A stretch of DNA of 64,000 bases from an uncultured Actinomycetes bacterium (GTDB taxonomy: Bacteria > Actinomycetota > Thermoleophilia > UBA2241): contig CAVPVX010000003.1 in NCBI GenBank assembly GCA_963709345.1, positions 1 to 64,000 of the forward strand, written 5' to 3'. The notes beneath the pieces were generated by a model that was not told the DNA's origin, ran no database searches, and worked only from the letters and a program-made list of their open reading frames with translations. The translations under genes and the position numbers were made by a program. Position 1 is the first letter of the stretch; the number at the start of each line of letters is the position of its first letter. This document shows, one piece after another, positions 1 through 9,855 of the stretch.

Positions 1-572
1 CCTCCCGGCAGCGCGAAGCCGTCGTGCTGCTTGACGTGGGCGACGAGGCCGCCGTCGCTCAGTATGGTGACCATCACCGGCGGCAGCGGCACGAACGGGA
101 TCACCACGCCGGTCGTGACGTCGCGGACCTCGCCGGCGGCGAGGTCGACCTCGAGCTCGTCCTGCTCTCCGATCCCCGAGGTGTCGCACTGCAGCACCGG
201 CAGACCGACGTTGATGGCGTTGCGGAAGAAGATGCGCGCGAAGCTCTGCGCCAGCACCGCCCCCGCGCCGGCCAGCTTGATGATCCGCGGCGCGTGCTCA
301 CGGCTCGAGCCCAGACCGAAGTTCCGGCCGCCCACGACGAAGTCGCCGGGGCGCATTGCCGCAGCGAACTCGGGGCGCGCATCCTCGAGGACGTGCTTGG
401 CGAGCTCGGGGAGGTCGGTGCGCAGGTGGAAAAGGCGGCCGGGCGCGATGTGGTCGGTGCTGATGTCGTCGCCGAAGAGCCAGGCGTTGCCTCGCAAGCG
501 CTCGTCGCGGAGCGGTGACCCTCCGGCGCCCCGCTCGACAACATGCCCACGGAGGCTCTTCACGTGACCCAT
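1..572 (-). CDS. leuD: 3-isopropylmalate dehydratase/homoaconitase small subunit (LeuD/HacB family), 3' end runs off the window
   Basis: Manual translation from ATG 572 (GAGGAGG upstream) gives [46 protein letters not shown]; missing from the ORF track because the stop is outside the window. Confidence 0.85.
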   Translation of the reverse strand, partial: MGHVKSLRGHVVERGAGGSPLRDERLRGNAWLFGDDISTDHIAPGRLFHLRTDLPELAKHVLEDARPEFAAAMRPGDFVVGGRNFGLGSSREHAPRIIKLAGAGAVLAQSFARIFFRNAINVGLPVLQCDTSGIGEQDELEVDLAAGEVRDVTTGVVIPFVPLPPVMVTILSDGGLVAHVKQHDGFALPG

Positions 573-1081
573 TCCTCCTCGCGGATGGTCACCGTGTTCA
601 TCACGACGCCGGGGGCCGCGGCGCGCATGGGGTCGCGCTCGGGGATGGCTTCGACCACGTCCATGCCCTCGATCACGTGGCCGAACACGGCGTGCTTGCC
701 GTCGAGGTGGGGCGTGTCGCGATAGGTGATGAAGAACTGCGAGCCGTTGGTGTTGGGCCCGGCGTTGGCCATAGAGAGCATCCCGGGCGAGTCGTGGCGG
801 AGCGCCGCATGGAACTCGTCCTCGAAGCGGTACCCGGGGCCGCCGCTGCCACTGCCCGTGGGGTCGCCGCCCTGGGCCATGAAGCCCTTGATGACGCGGT
901 GGAACGTCACCCCGTCGTAATAGCCATCGCGCGCCAGAACGACGAAGTTGTTGACGGTACGCGGTGCCTTGTCGGCGAACAACTCGATGACGATGTCGCC
1001 CCCGTCGGTGCCGATGGTGGCGACGTAGCGCTTGGTGGGGTCGATCGCCATCGCCGGCGGTGCGTCGTAGTGCTTGGCCAC
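560..1081 (-). CDS. Cyclophilin-type peptidyl-prolyl cis-trans isomerase
   Basis: [45 protein letters not shown] motifs. Confidence 0.95.
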   Translation of the reverse strand: MAKHYDAPPAMAIDPTKRYVATIGTDGGDIVIELFADKAPRTVNNFVVLARDGYYDGVTFHRVIKGFMAQGGDPTGSGSGGPGYRFEDEFHAALRHDSPGMLSMANAGPNTNGSQFFITYRDTPHLDGKHAVFGHVIEGMDVVEAIPERDPMRAAAPGVVMNTVTIREEEWVT

Positions 1082-1094
1082 GGCGTCCTCCTTT

Positions 1095-2351
1095 CTAGAG
1101 AAGCTCGCGTGGATCGGTGATCTCGCCGGTCACGGCCGTGGCGGCCGCGGTCGCCGGCGAGCCCAGGTAGATGAAGGCCTCGGGGTTGCCCATGCGGCCG
1201 TGGAAGTTGCGGTTGGCGGTGCTGAGACACACTTCGCCGTCGGCGAGGATGCCCTCGTGGATGCCGACGCAGGCGCCGCAGCCGGGGTTGGTGACCACGG
1301 CGCCGGCCGCCCAGAACACCTCGAGCAGGCCTTCGGCGGCGGCGGCACGCGCCGTCGCCTGCGAGGCCGGCGTGACGATCAGGCGAGTGCCGGCAGCTCG
1401 GCGGCGCCCGCGCAGGATGCGCGCCGCCGAGCGCAGATCCTCGAGCCGGCCGTTCGTGCACGTGCCGATGAGCACCTGGTCGACGTGCGTGCCGGCGAGC
1501 CCGGCGGCCGACGCGGTGTTGTCGACGGTGTGCGGCCGGGCCACCGTGGGGACGATGGCGCCCAGGTCGAACTCGACGACGCGCTCGTACGAGGCGCCCG
1601 GATCGGCCGCGAGCGGCCGCCAGGCGCCCTCGCGGCCTTGCGCCGTCAGGTACTCGCGCGTCCTCTCGTCACTCGGCATGAGCCCACACTTGGCGCCGGC
1701 CTCGACGGCCATGTTGCTGAGCGTGAAGCGGCCGGGCATGGGCATGGCGTCGATACCCGGCCCACCGAACTCGAGCGCCTTGTACGTGGCGCCGTCGGCG
1801 CCGAGCTGCCCGATGAGCGTGAGCACGAGATCCTTTGCCTCCACGCCGTCGGTGAATGCGCCGGAGACCTCGACCCGGAACGTCTCCGGCACCCGCAGCC
1901 AGGTCTTGCCGGTCGCCATCCCGACCGCGACGTCGGTGCTGCCCATGCCCGTGGCGAAGGCGCCGAGCGCGCCCGCCATGCACGTGTGCGAGTCGGCGCC
2001 GATCACAAGGTCGCCGGGGCTCGCGAAGCTCTCGGCGACCCGCTGGTGGCAGACGCCCATCTCGACGTCGCTGAGGGTGGCGCCGGACGAGGCGCAGAAG
2101 GCGCGGATCGTCTGCTGCGCGTTCGCCAGCTCGCTGCGCGGCGCCGGCGCCGCGTGGTCGATGAAGAACACGCACGTCGGGGCCTGCACCTTGCCGGCGC
2201 CGAGCTCCTCGATCTGCTGGATGGCCAGCGGCCCGGTGCCGTCCTGGGCGATCGCCACGTCGACGTCGCAGACGACGATCTGGCCGGGCACGACGGATTC
2301 GAGGCCGGCGTGCGCCGCGAGCAGGCCCTCGGCGAGCGTCGCCCGGGTCAC
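1095..2351 (-). CDS. leuC: 3-isopropylmalate dehydratase/homoaconitase large subunit (LeuC/HacA family)
   Basis: [36 protein letters not shown] aconitase-family [4Fe-4S] motifs; about 418 aa, the short HacA/DmdA-type length. Confidence 0.88.
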   Translation of the reverse strand: MTRATLAEGLLAAHAGLESVVPGQIVVCDVDVAIAQDGTGPLAIQQIEELGAGKVQAPTCVFFIDHAAPAPRSELANAQQTIRAFCASSGATLSDVEMGVCHQRVAESFASPGDLVIGADSHTCMAGALGAFATGMGSTDVAVGMATGKTWLRVPETFRVEVSGAFTDGVEAKDLVLTLIGQLGADGATYKALEFGGPGIDAMPMPGRFTLSNMAVEAGAKCGLMPSDERTREYLTAQGREGAWRPLAADPGASYERVVEFDLGAIVPTVARPHTVDNTASAAGLAGTHVDQVLIGTCTNGRLEDLRSAARILRGRRRAAGTRLIVTPASQATARAAAAEGLLEVFWAAGAVVTNPGCGACVGIHEGILADGEVCLSTANRNFHGRMGNPEAFIYLGSPATAAATAVTGEITDPRELL

Positions 2352-3613
2352 GAAGCAGCCCCCGGCGCGACCACGCCTCCCTCAGCCACCCCGCCGGTCG
2401 CCTGCTCCCCATGGTTCCCCATCGGGACGGCGTCGCCGAGCCGGGCCAGGTAATCCTGGTAGATGTACATGAGCTCCTTGTCGAACAGCGCCCGCTTGAG
2501 CTCGACGGCGGTCTGGCGCACCAGGGCGAGGACCCCGTCGCAGTCGCCCTGGGTGAGCTCGAGACCGAACTCCTGGAACTTGCGGTAGATGGTCCGGGAA
2601 CCGGAGTGCTTGCCGACGACGATCTGGCGCTCGAGGCCGACGTCCTCGGGAGCGAAGGCCTCGTAGTTGAGCGGGTTCTTGATGACACCGTCGGCGTGGA
2701 TGCCGCTCTCGTGGGCGAAGACGTTCGTGCCGACGATGCTCTTCCACGCCGGGACCGTGCGCGCCGATGCGGCGGCGACGTACTCGCTGAGCTCGCGGAA
2801 GCGGCTCGTGTGCAGGCCGACGTCGACCTTGCCCAGGTACTTGAGCGCCATGACGACCTCCTCGAGGGCGGCGTTGCCGGCGCGCTCTCCGAGGCCGTTG
2901 ACCGTCGTGTTCACGTAGGTCGCCCCGGCCTTGATGCCGGCGAGCGCGTTGGCGGTCGCCATGCCGAAATCGTCGTGCGTGTGCATCTCGATGTCGAGCC
3001 CGCCCTCTTTCGCGAGGAACGAGATCACGTTGTACGTGTCGAACGGGTCGAGGATGCCGAGCGTGTCGCAGAAGCGCAGGCGGTCGGCGCCTTCCTCCTT
3101 GGCGGCCTGGGCGAAGCGGAGCAGGAACTCGAGGTCGGACCGCGAGGCGTCCTCGGCGTTGACCGATACATACAGGTCCTGGTCTTTCGCAAAGGCGACG
3201 CATTCGCGGATCTGGTCGAGCACCCACTGGCGGCTCTTCTGGAGCTTGTGCTCGATGTGGATGTCGCTGGACGACATGGAGATGGCGACGGCGTCGACGC
3301 CACAGTCGACAGAGTGCTTCACGTCGCCGATCACGGCGCGGTTCCAGGCGAGGATCGAGGTGTCCAGACCGAGATCGACGATCTCGGCGATGGTCCGCTT
3401 CTCGTCGCCGCCCATCGCCGGGATGCCCACCTCGATCTGGTGCACACCGACCTCGTCGAGCAACTTGGCGATGCGGATCTTCTCGTGGTTGCTGAACACC
3501 ACGCCAGCCGTCTGCTCACCGTCGCGCAAGGTCGTGTCGTCGATGCGCACCGCCGGCTCGGCCGGACGAGCCCTTGCGATGACGAAGCTGGAAAGATCGC
3601 TGGTCATGTTCAC
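2348..3613 (-). CDS. nifV: Homocitrate synthase-like (NifV/LeuA DRE-TIM family)
   Basis: DTTLRDGEQTAGVVF, HTHDDFGMATAN, NGLGERAGNA, HESGIHADG; lacks the LeuA C-terminal regulatory domain; start may be ATG 3607. Confidence 0.8.
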   Translation of the reverse strand: MNMTSDLSSFVIARARPAEPAVRIDDTTLRDGEQTAGVVFSNHEKIRIAKLLDEVGVHQIEVGIPAMGGDEKRTIAEIVDLGLDTSILAWNRAVIGDVKHSVDCGVDAVAISMSSSDIHIEHKLQKSRQWVLDQIRECVAFAKDQDLYVSVNAEDASRSDLEFLLRFAQAAKEEGADRLRFCDTLGILDPFDTYNVISFLAKEGGLDIEMHTHDDFGMATANALAGIKAGATYVNTTVNGLGERAGNAALEEVVMALKYLGKVDVGLHTSRFRELSEYVAAASARTVPAWKSIVGTNVFAHESGIHADGVIKNPLNYEAFAPEDVGLERQIVVGKHSGSRTIYRKFQEFGLELTQGDCDGVLALVRQTAVELKRALFDKELMYIYQDYLARLGDAVPMGNHGEQATGGVAEGGVVAPGAAS

Positions 3614-3780
3614 CTACCTCTTCACGCGGACGTGGCCGCCGACCCCGGCCCCGGGGTGCTGCGACCGCCAAAGGGACCGAGCGGAATGATGGAAGACCGA
3701 CTCGCGACATGCGGTGGGAGCACGCGTTGCTGCAAGTCCGGTGCATTGTCCCATGCACACACGCTCCCGGGCAACACGTG

Positions 3781-5235
3781 TCACGCGTCGAGAGCGCGCC
3801 GGAGCAGGTCGCCGACCAGCTTCGGGTTCGCGCGCCCGCCGCTGGCCTTCATGACCCGACCGACGAGGAAGCCGAGCACCTGCCGCTTGCCGCCGCGATA
3901 CTGCTCGACCTGGGCCGGATTCGCGGCGATGACCTCGGCCACGACGGCTTCGAGCTCCGCGCTGTCGCTGATCTGGCCGAGCCCGTGCTTCTCGACGATG
4001 CCCTCGGGTTCGGCGCGCTCCTCGATCATCTTCGCGAAGACGTCCTTGCCGGCGCTCGTCGAGACCGCGCCGTCCTCGACGAGCTTCACCAGCTTGGCGA
4101 GCCGCTCCGCGGTGACGTGGCCGTGGCCGGCCTCGAGGCCGACGGCGTTGAGATGGGCGAGGTACTCGCCCATGGTCCAGTTGGCCGCCGGCTTGGCGCC
4201 GGCCCCCGCCGCCACGACCTCTTCGTAGAACCCGGCGAGCACGCCGGACGAGCCGAGGACGGTCGCGTCGGCGCGCGAGAGGCCGTACCGCGCCACGAAC
4301 CGCTCGACGCGCGCCGCCGGCAACTCGGGCTGCGCCCGCCGCAGCTCCTCGACCCAGGCCGGGTCGATCTCGAGCGGCACCAGATCGGGGTCCGGGAAAT
4401 AGCGGTAGTCGTGCGCCTCTTCCTTGCTGCGCAGCGGCGTCGTCGTCCCGGTGTCGGGGTCGAAGTGAAGGGTCTCGAGGTCGATTCTGCCACCCGCCTC
4501 GAGGATCTCGATCTGCCGCGGGATCTCCGCGTCGAGCGCCTGCTGCAGGTAGCGGAAGCTGTTCATGTTCTTGAGCTCGGTGCGCGTGCCGAGCGCCGTG
4601 TCGCCCTCCGGCCGCACGCTCACGTTCGCGTCCCAGCGGATCTGCCCCTCTTCCATGGTGCACTCGCTCACGCCGAGCTCCACGACCAGGTTGCGGAGCT
4701 GCTGCAGGAACTCGCGCGCCGCCTCGGGCGAAGGGATGTCCGGCTCGCTGACGATCTCGATGAGTGGCGTGCCGCCACGGTTGAAGTCGACCATGGAGTG
4801 GTCCGAGCCGGCGATGCGCCCCGTCTCGCCGCCCGCGTGGACGAGCTTGGCGGCGTCCTCCTCCATGTGCACACGGTTGATGCGGCAGCGGAGCTTCTCA
4901 CCGGCGACCCAGTACTCGAACCACCCGGCGGTCGCCAGCGGCTCGTCGTACTGGCTGATCTGGTACGCCTTCGGCAGATCGGGATAGAAGTAGTTCTTGC
5001 GGTGGAAGACATTGCGCGGCTGCACGGTGCAGTTGAGGGCAAGGGCGATGCGCGCCGCATACTCGACGGCGCGCTGATTGACGACCGGCAGCGCGCCGGG
5101 GTGCGCCAGACACACCGGGCAGGTGTGAAGGTTGGGCTCGTCGCCCTTGGTAACGGCGCAACCGCAGAACATCTTGGTGCGCGTGTCCAGCTCCACGTGC
5201 ATCTCGAGCCCGATCACGGGTTCCCAGGAGGTCAT
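3781..5235 (-). CDS. gatB: Asp/Glu-tRNA amidotransferase subunit B
   Basis: IGLEMHVEL, RKNYFYPDLPKAYQISQ, DFNRGGTPLIEIVSEP, RSKEEAHDYRYFPDPDL. Confidence 0.97.
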   Translation of the reverse strand: MTSWEPVIGLEMHVELDTRTKMFCGCAVTKGDEPNLHTCPVCLAHPGALPVVNQRAVEYAARIALALNCTVQPRNVFHRKNYFYPDLPKAYQISQYDEPLATAGWFEYWVAGEKLRCRINRVHMEEDAAKLVHAGGETGRIAGSDHSMVDFNRGGTPLIEIVSEPDIPSPEAAREFLQQLRNLVVELGVSECTMEEGQIRWDANVSVRPEGDTALGTRTELKNMNSFRYLQQALDAEIPRQIEILEAGGRIDLETLHFDPDTGTTTPLRSKEEAHDYRYFPDPDLVPLEIDPAWVEELRRAQPELPAARVERFVARYGLSRADATVLGSSGVLAGFYEEVVAAGAGAKPAANWTMGEYLAHLNAVGLEAGHGHVTAERLAKLVKLVEDGAVSTSAGKDVFAKMIEERAEPEGIVEKHGLGQISDSAELEAVVAEVIAANPAQVEQYRGGKRQVLGFLVGRVMKASGGRANPKLVGDLLRRALDA

Positions 5236-6725
5236 TCCGGCGCCTCCTTGCCGGGGTCGGCGCCGGAGTCGTGGAAGTCCGGCACGGCTTCAAAGCCGAT
5301 GGCGGCCTCAAGCGCGTGCGCCGCCTCGAGGATGCGGTTCTCGCTGAACGCCGGGCCGATGAGCTGGAAGCCGACCGGCAGCCCGTCGCTGAGGCCGCAC
5401 GGGATGCTGATCGCCGGCAGGCCGGCGAGATTCACGGGGATGGTGCAGATGTCGCACTGGTACATCGCCAGCGGGTCCGCGGTCCGGGAGCCGGCCTTGA
5501 AGGCGACTGTGGGTGAGGTCGGCGACGCGATGAGGTCGACGCCTGCGAAGGCGCGCTCGAAGTCGCGCCGCACGAGCGTGCGCACACGCTGAGCGCGACC
5601 GTAGTACGCGTCGTAGTAGCCCGCCGAGAGCGCGTAGGTACCGATCATGATGCGGCGCTTGACCTCCGGGCCGAAGCCCTCCCCGCGTGTGCGCTCGTAC
5701 AGGTCCAGCAGGTCGACCGGGTCGGCGCAGCGGTAACCGTAGCGGACGCCGTCGAAACGGGCGAGGTTCGCACTCGCCTCGGCCGGCGCGATGATGTAGT
5801 ACGCCGGGAGCGCGTACTCGGTATGCGGGAGACTGATCGGGACGCACGTCCCGCCCAGCTCCTCGATGCGCGCCAGCGTCTCGTCGAAGCGGGCGCGCAC
5901 CCCGGGCTCGACGCCGTCGGCGAGGTACTCGGCCGGCACGCCGACGCGCACGCCGTGGAGCCGCTCGGCTGACGGCAGCGCGACGGCCTCCGGCATCTCG
6001 ACGCTGGTAGCGTCGCGCGGGTCGCGGGCGACGATGTGCCGCAGCAGCAGAGCGCAGTCGTAGACGCAGCGCGTCAGCGGGCCGATCTGGTCGAGCGAGC
6101 TGGCGAAGGCGATGAGGCCGTAGCGGCTCACGGCGCCGTAGGTGGGCTTCATGCCGACGATTCCGCAGAGCGCCGCCGGCTGGCGGATCGAGCCGCCGGT
6201 GTCGCTACCGAGCGCCCACAGCGTCTCCCCGGCGGCCACTGCGGCGGCCGAGCCGCCGCTGCTGCCGCCGGGAACGGTCGCGAGGTCCCACGGGTTGCGC
6301 GTCGTCTGGAAGGCCGAGTTCTCGGTGCTGGAACCCATGGCGAACTCGTCGAGGTTGGTCTTGCCGAGCATGACCACGTGGTCGTCCCACACCTGACGCA
6401 CGGCGGTCGCGGTGTACACCGGCATGTAGTTGGCGAGGATCTTCGAGGCGCAGGTGGTCGTGACGCCTTCGGTGACCATGTTGTCCTTGATCGCGATGGG
6501 CAGGCCCGCCAGGGGCCCGCGCATCGCCTGCATCTCGCGGTCGACCTTGGTCGAGTACTTGGCGACGTTGTCGTGAGTCACGCGGATGAACGCCCGCACC
6601 CTGGGCTCGACCGCGGCGATCTGGTCCAGGTAGAGCTTGGCGAGCTCCGCCGAGGAGACGTCGCCGTCGACGAGGCGCCGCTTCGCGTCGCGCGCCGTGA
6701 GCCGCAGCGGGTCGACGCCGGTCAC
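5232..6725 (-). CDS. gatA: Asp/Glu-tRNA amidotransferase subunit A
   Basis: Amidase signature GKTNLDEFAMGSSTE, PGGSSGGSAAAV, GSDTGGSIRQPA. Confidence 0.97.
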   Translation of the reverse strand: MTGVDPLRLTARDAKRRLVDGDVSSAELAKLYLDQIAAVEPRVRAFIRVTHDNVAKYSTKVDREMQAMRGPLAGLPIAIKDNMVTEGVTTTCASKILANYMPVYTATAVRQVWDDHVVMLGKTNLDEFAMGSSTENSAFQTTRNPWDLATVPGGSSGGSAAAVAAGETLWALGSDTGGSIRQPAALCGIVGMKPTYGAVSRYGLIAFASSLDQIGPLTRCVYDCALLLRHIVARDPRDATSVEMPEAVALPSAERLHGVRVGVPAEYLADGVEPGVRARFDETLARIEELGGTCVPISLPHTEYALPAYYIIAPAEASANLARFDGVRYGYRCADPVDLLDLYERTRGEGFGPEVKRRIMIGTYALSAGYYDAYYGRAQRVRTLVRRDFERAFAGVDLIASPTSPTVAFKAGSRTADPLAMYQCDICTIPVNLAGLPAISIPCGLSDGLPVGFQLIGPAFSENRILEAAHALEAAIGFEAVPDFHDSGADPGKEAPE

Positions 6726-6727
6726 CG

Positions 6728-7009
6728 TCAGCCCATCCTCGGGACGCGGAAGCAGTCGTCGCTCACGGCGGGGGCGTTGCGCAGGGCTTCGGCGCGCGAG
6801 AGGCCGGCCGTCTCACGGTCCGCCCGCGTGACGTTCACCACGTCGAGAACGTGAGCCGTGGGAGACACGCCGGCCGTGTCGAGCTCGCTCATCTTGTCGA
6901 TGTGCGCAAGGATCTTCGCGAGCTCCCCGGTCACCCGCGGGATCTCGTCGTCGTCGAGATGGAGACGGGCGAGCTTCGCGACGTGGCGTACGTCGTCTTC
7001 AGCGATCAT
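6728..7009 (-). CDS. gatC: Asp/Glu-tRNA amidotransferase subunit C
   Basis: VRHVAKLARL...NAP...FRVP; ATG 7009 with AGGAGG upstream; precedes gatA. Confidence 0.93.
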   Translation of the reverse strand: MIAEDDVRHVAKLARLHLDDDEIPRVTGELAKILAHIDKMSELDTAGVSPTAHVLDVVNVTRADRETAGLSRAEALRNAPAVSDDCFRVPRMG

Positions 7010-7076
7010 GTCGCGTTCCTCCTGCTGAGGCCGCCGGAGCGGGACGGCCATCTTACTCCAGCCCCCGGAGGCCGAC

Positions 7077-7112
7077 AAGAAAGGGGCCGCCGGCTGGCAC
7101 AGCCGGCGGCCC
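7077..7112 (-). terminator. Rho-independent terminator after the cold-shock gene
   Basis: GGGCCGCCGGCT/AGCCGGCGGCCC inverted repeat followed by CTTTCTT on the minus strand. Confidence 0.7.
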
Positions 7113-7126
7113 CGCGCACGTTCGCG

Positions 7127-7336
7127 TCAGACGACGGGCTTCACGACGGAGGCCTGAAGCCCCTTGTCGCCCTCGGTGATGTCGAACTCGACGCGCTGCC
7201 CCTGGACGAGCGTCTTGTAGCCGTCCATGGTGATCTCGGAGTAGTGCACGAACAGGTCGTCACCGTCTTCCCGCTCGATGAAGCCATACCCCTTCTCGTT
7301 ACTGAACCACTTCACAGACCCTTGAGCCACAGCCAC
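7127..7336 (-). CDS. Cold-shock protein (CspA family)
   Basis: [25 protein letters not shown] motifs. Confidence 0.95.
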   Translation of the reverse strand: MAVAQGSVKWFSNEKGYGFIEREDGDDLFVHYSEITMDGYKTLVQGQRVEFDITEGDKGLQASVVKPVV

Positions 7337-7520
7337 ACCCTCCTACGAAAGACCCTCGTGCTGGCCTCGCGGCCGACGGAGCCCCCCATGCGGCGCCGCA
7401 AGCACGCGGCGAGCCTACATCACGGCCCCAACGCTGTAAATGAGTCGGCGGCGCCCCCGGGGCGACGTTTCGGGCGGTCCGGGGAAGGCTCTCCGCAACC
7501 GCGGAGTGGCAACGGCCCGC

Positions 7521-8138
7521 TCAGCCGTCCGCGTCGAGAAGCGCGGCGTGCAGCATGTCCTCCCAGAGCTCGAACAGCGGCTCCAGCTCGACCCCGGCGG
7601 GGTCGAGCAGCTTCTGCACGGCGAGACCATCGGTCATGGCGACCATGAGAGAGGCGAGGCGCCGCAGGCGCTCCTCGCCGGCCGGAGCGTCGGCCCCCAT
7701 GCCTTCAACGTAGAGGTCGCGGTACCACTCGTACAGCTTCGCGACGCGCGCGCGCAGTTCATCTTCCATGACGACATGCGGGAGGAGCGCGAAGAAGTCG
7801 CGAAAGGCAGCGCGGTCGTCGACCAGGCGGCGGTCGTCGGAGACCAGGCCGTGGACGCGCGCACCGCCGGCGCCCGCGACCCGCGTCTCGACGACGGCGC
7901 TCAGGCTCTGGTCGTGACTGAGCGAATCGACCACGGCGGCGATGAACTCCGCCTTGCTGCCGAAGTAGTAACGCACCGAGTCGCGATACGCGCCGGCCTC
8001 CGCTGCCACCGCCTCGACGGTGAGCGCTTCGTACCCACCGCGCGCGAGCAGCCGTCGCGCCGCGGCGACGAGACGGCGAGCCGTCGGCGAGAGCTGCGCC
8101 GTGGGGTCGTCCTGAAGCCTCTCGTGATACGCCGCCAT
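7521..8138 (-). CDS. TetR/AcrR family transcriptional regulator
   Basis: N-terminal [27 protein letters not shown]...YYFGSK; divergent from patA. Confidence 0.88.
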   Translation of the reverse strand: MAAYHERLQDDPTAQLSPTARRLVAAARRLLARGGYEALTVEAVAAEAGAYRDSVRYYFGSKAEFIAAVVDSLSHDQSLSAVVETRVAGAGGARVHGLVSDDRRLVDDRAAFRDFFALLPHVVMEDELRARVAKLYEWYRDLYVEGMGADAPAGEERLRRLASLMVAMTDGLAVQKLLDPAGVELEPLFELWEDMLHAALLDADG

Positions 8139-8315
8139 ACAGTCCTTTCCGCGCGCACCCTATCACCCCGATCAGTAGCGAAACGCCGATGCCGCCCCGC
8201 CGTTGCGCCGCGGCTCCCTTCGCGTTAGACTGGACTCCGATCTCGGTCGGCTGTACGAACTATACCGCAAATAGTCGTAATCACAGCGTGATCACCACCG
8301 CAACAGGGGGAACGA

Positions 8316-9707
8316 ATGGAGCAGAGCCTGCGGCAGGACGTACTCCGGGAATCGAGCAAGGCGCTCAAGCTCATGGCCAAGTCCAAGCTGTCTCGCGATG
8401 AGCAGGAGGCCGTCATAGCCGACTGCCTCGCGAACTTCGAGAGCTGCGTCAACCCGGGCATCCTCGAGTACCGCAAGTCGGTGTCGAGCGACTACACCTC
8501 GGTGGAGTGGCGCGACGAGGGAGCCGTCTTCTTCGACATCCACGGCAAGGAGTTCATCGACTGCCTCGGCGGCTTCGGCATCTACACTCTGGGTCACCGG
8601 CACCCGACGGTCGTCAAGGCCGTCAAGGCCCAGCTGGAACACCAGGCGCTGCACTCTCAGGAGCTTCTCGACCCGATGCGCGGCTACTTGAGCCATCTCC
8701 TCGCGATGACGACGCCGGGTGACCTGCAGTACTCCTTCCTCTGCAACTCCGGGACCGAGGCCGTGGAGGGCTCCCTCAAGCTCGCCAAGCTCTGGGCGCG
8801 ACGCAAGAAGCCGAACCACACGATGGGCATCATCACGACCACGAGAGGATTCCACGGCAAGTCGTTCGGCTCGCTCAGCGTCAGCGGCAAGGGTGAGTTC
8901 CGCGAGCCCTTCTACCCGCTCATGTCCGGCGTGCGCTTCGTGCCCTACGGCGATGCCGACGCACTCGACAAGCAGCTCGCGATCTGCGACGCGATCGGCT
9001 TCGACATCGCCGCCTTCATCGCCGAGCCCATCCAGGGCGAGGCCGGCGCCATCGTCCCGCCCGCCGACTACTTCTGCAAGGTGCGCGAGATCTGCGACAA
9101 GTGGGGCATCCTGCTCATCGCCGACGAGGTGCAGACGGGTATGGGCCGCACCGGCAAGCTCTGGGGCATGGAGAACTGGGGTGTCGCCCCCGACATCATG
9201 GCGATGGGCAAGGCGCTCGGCGGCGCCGTCATCCCGGCCGGGAACTTCATCGCCACGGAGGACGTCTTCTCAGTGATGTTCGACAACCCGTACATCCACA
9301 CGACGACGTTCGGCGGCAATCCCATGGCGACCTCGGCGGCCATCGGCGCCCTGCACGCCACGATCGAGGAGGACATCCCCGGTCAGGCGGCCGAGAAGGG
9401 CGCCTATCTCAAGGGCCGCCTCAACGAGCTGGCGGCAAAGCATGACGACCTCTTCGAGGAGGTCCGCGGCATCGGCCTCATCATCGGCATGCAGTTCAGG
9501 AATCCGGACATCGGCTACGCCGTGAGCCAGGGGCTCTTCAGCCGCGGCGTCCTCATCGGGGGCACCCTGTTCAACTCGCTGACGCTGCGCATGCAGCCGC
9601 CGGCGGTCATCAGCGGCGAGCAGATGGACGAGGTGCTCGCGCGCCTCGACGCCACGCTGTCCGAGGTAAGCTCCGCCATGGCGTCCGGTGCGCTCACCTC
9701 CCACTAG
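8316..9707 (+). CDS. patA: Putrescine aminotransferase (class III PLP, PatA/YgjG-like)
   Basis: VNPGILEYRKSV, EFIDCLGGFG, LHSQELLDP, CNSGTEAVEG, DEVQTGMGRTG, TTTFGGNP resemble E. coli PatA. Confidence 0.88.
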   Translation: MEQSLRQDVLRESSKALKLMAKSKLSRDEQEAVIADCLANFESCVNPGILEYRKSVSSDYTSVEWRDEGAVFFDIHGKEFIDCLGGFGIYTLGHRHPTVVKAVKAQLEHQALHSQELLDPMRGYLSHLLAMTTPGDLQYSFLCNSGTEAVEGSLKLAKLWARRKKPNHTMGIITTTRGFHGKSFGSLSVSGKGEFREPFYPLMSGVRFVPYGDADALDKQLAICDAIGFDIAAFIAEPIQGEAGAIVPPADYFCKVREICDKWGILLIADEVQTGMGRTGKLWGMENWGVAPDIMAMGKALGGAVIPAGNFIATEDVFSVMFDNPYIHTTTFGGNPMATSAAIGALHATIEEDIPGQAAEKGAYLKGRLNELAAKHDDLFEEVRGIGLIIGMQFRNPDIGYAVSQGLFSRGVLIGGTLFNSLTLRMQPPAVISGEQMDEVLARLDATLSEVSSAMASGALTSH

Positions 9708-9773
9708 CGCGCAGGGCCGGGGCGCAGGCGAGGCCGCTGGGCCTGCGCCGTGAAGTCGCCCGGCGACGTACGT

Positions 9774-9812
9774 GACGAGGGCCGGGGCGCTGCAAGCGCC
9801 CCGGCCCTCGTC
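9774..9812. terminator. Bidirectional terminator-like hairpin between convergent genes
   Basis: Perfect 18-bp stem GACGAGGGCCGGGGCGCT-gca-AGCGCCCCGGCCCTCGTC. Confidence 0.7.
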
Positions 9813-9855
9813 TTCACTCAGTCCGGCAGGCGTCCGAGGCCGTGCCGGCGCACGA

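Noticed and set aside
2348-3613. Nitrogen fixation implied by nifV
   Set aside because: No nifHDK or nifENB in the window; the context is aconitase-type subunits
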